From a virus (Duplodnaviria > Caudoviricetes), in the IMG/VR virus record IMGVR_UViG_3300020043_001619, positions 1-27,881 of that record: DNA of 27,881 bases; one strand, 5' to 3'. Shown here piece by piece: positions 26,666-27,881 of this stretch (within the stretch, counting starts at the first letter, position 1; the number at the start of each line of letters is the position of its first letter). The notes under the pieces are model-generated. The model saw only the letters and a list, made by a program, of their open reading frames with translations, was not told the origin of the DNA and did no database searches. The translations under genes were made by a program, and so were the position numbers.

Positions 26666-26860
26666 GTTAGTGTGCAACGCACTAATTCTTTCTTCTCAGA
26701 AAATTTACTAACCTGCACTGGATGGTCAGCCCATCCTTTTCAGGTGTCCGCAGCCTAGTAAACTGCGAGCCCGTCTAGAATCAGTCTAGTCGGTCCTACG
26801 AGAAGAAGGAGAGTTGACAATCTCCCAGGACCACAAAGTCTCACTACACAAGTAGTGGAA
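26666..26860 (+). ncRNA. Putative structured RNA / 5' leader of unknown class
   Basis: At least seven complementary segment pairs, including an 11-bp long-range stem and two possible pseudoknots. No ORF in the track. Confidence 0.55.
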
Positions 26861-26880
26861 TAACCAACCTATGGAGATTT

Positions 26881-27132
26881 ATGAAAAAATCACAAGAAGA
26901 AAAGGACTTTGAAATAGAAGTCGCAGAAATGTATCGCTATGAAAATTCTAAACTTGATGACGAAGAACTTGATGTATGGCGTAAAAGAATACAGCATCTT
27001 AGCAAGATGACATTGATGTACAATATGGCAATGATGCATGAAGGCAATAGCGAAGCGGATGCTGTCAGAGAACAAGCAATGGCTAGATACAATCACTACA
27101 AGGATTTATATGACAAACGACAATATGAATGA
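26881..27132 (+). CDS. Hypothetical protein
   Basis: GGAG RBS, 83 aa, helical. Confidence 0.75.
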   Translation: MKKSQEEKDFEIEVAEMYRYENSKLDDEELDVWRKRIQHLSKMTLMYNMAMMHEGNSEADAVREQAMARYNHYKDLYDKRQYE

Positions 27133-27283
27133 TGAGTATGATGGTCTAACACCTATTGAAACAGAAGATGAAATGCGTGAACGTTATGCTCGATTAGAAC
27201 AAGAAACTATTGCCAGTTGGAGCAAAACAGAACAAGCAAGACAAGCTGAGATTGATGCTAGGATGATTAGGTATGTTGATTAG
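27125..27283 (+). CDS. Hypothetical acidic protein, 52 aa
   Basis: ATG at 27125 overlaps the end of the upstream gene and is in frame with the 27038 ORF. Confidence 0.6.
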   Translation: MNDEYDGLTPIETEDEMRERYARLEQETIASWSKTEQARQAEIDARMIRYVD

Positions 27284-27881
27284 TATACATGCTACTCGTG
27301 GTAAGTCAATGGACAAAAATGTTGTTCAACAAATGGGTGAAGGATGGAATAACATTGATGTATCATGGGAAGAAGCGTTTGAACTAATCACCATTGATGG
27401 TTATGCTACCAGTGCGGAACTACAAGATGGGCACCGCACTGGCGATAACTTTATAAGCAGGCAATTGCTTATGGTTGATGTGGATAATGAAAACGATCCT
27501 AAGATGAGCATAGCCCAATTGTTGGAGCACGACTTTTATAAAAAATATGGTGCTGGTTTTTATGCCACGCATAGTTATAAACCACATCACGAAAAGTTTC
27601 GTATTTGCTTTATTCTTGAAAACGCTGAAACAAATCATGACCGCACTAAACAACTGATTCGTGGTTTGCTAAAAGTATTCCCGGCAGGCGATAAAGCTTG
27701 TAAGGATCCTGTGCGATTATTTTATGGTTCGCCAGGTTGTCAAATAAAAGAACGCACTGACCGCATACTACCACAAGCCATCATCGAACAACTGATTGCT
27801 GACATAGCCGCTAAAGATGCCGCACAGCAAATGCCTATGCCTAGTTCAACTCACCATACACCACCAAGTGCTACAGATATA
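27273..27881 (+). CDS. AEP-superfamily primase/primase-polymerase, partial (runs off the window; not in ORF track)
   Basis: Open for 203 codons from MLISIHATRG. Motifs LLMVDVD, FYATHSY...KFRICF and DKACKDPVRLFYG. Confidence 0.8.
   Translation, partial: MLISIHATRGKSMDKNVVQQMGEGWNNIDVSWEEAFELITIDGYATSAELQDGHRTGDNFISRQLLMVDVDNENDPKMSIAQLLEHDFYKKYGAGFYATHSYKPHHEKFRICFILENAETNHDRTKQLIRGLLKVFPAGDKACKDPVRLFYGSPGCQIKERTDRILPQAIIEQLIADIAAKDAAQQMPMPSSTHHTPPSATDI

Noticed and set aside
26814-26819. Perfect TTGACA as a -35 box
   Set aside because: No -10 hexamer at 16-18 nt spacing, and it sits in a hairpin loop.
26666-26860. Structured region as a tRNA, hammerhead ribozyme or retron ncRNA
   Set aside because: No cloverleaf or TTC T-loop, no CTGATGA/GAAA core, and no reverse transcriptase nearby.
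1493-27653. Numerous minus-strand and alternative-frame ORFs in the track (e.g. 5284-5778, 8573-8983, 14073-14348, 21157-21567, 27420-27653)
   Set aside because: They are shadows of longer, well-supported genes and lack an RBS or recognisable motifs.

Overview
The window is part of a tailed-phage genome with a podovirus-type (P22/SU10-like) virion module, almost entirely on the + strand. In order it carries a tail-associated protein, putative DNA-ejection proteins (one with a lytic transglycosylase domain), a Dps/ferritin-like gene, a lone minus-strand GNAT-like gene, TerS, seven small mostly low-complexity genes, TerL, a DNA methyltransferase, portal, scaffold, major capsid, a head-tail adaptor, a frameshift-split tail fibre, a holin-like gene, and the start of a replication region with an AEP-type primase. 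Four signals stand out. (1) A CTAAATA motif resembling the T4 late promoter sits at gene boundaries, and in four genes the ATG lies exactly at the predicted +1, suggesting leaderless mRNAs; no sigma factor gene is visible in the window. (2) A roughly 195-nt, densely base-paired, probably pseudoknotted RNA element precedes the replication genes. (3) Codon choice strongly avoids ACWGT and apparently GTAC and AGCT. (4) Short peptide motifs are shared between the small disordered proteins and an ejection protein. All family assignments come from motif recognition by eye, not database searches.
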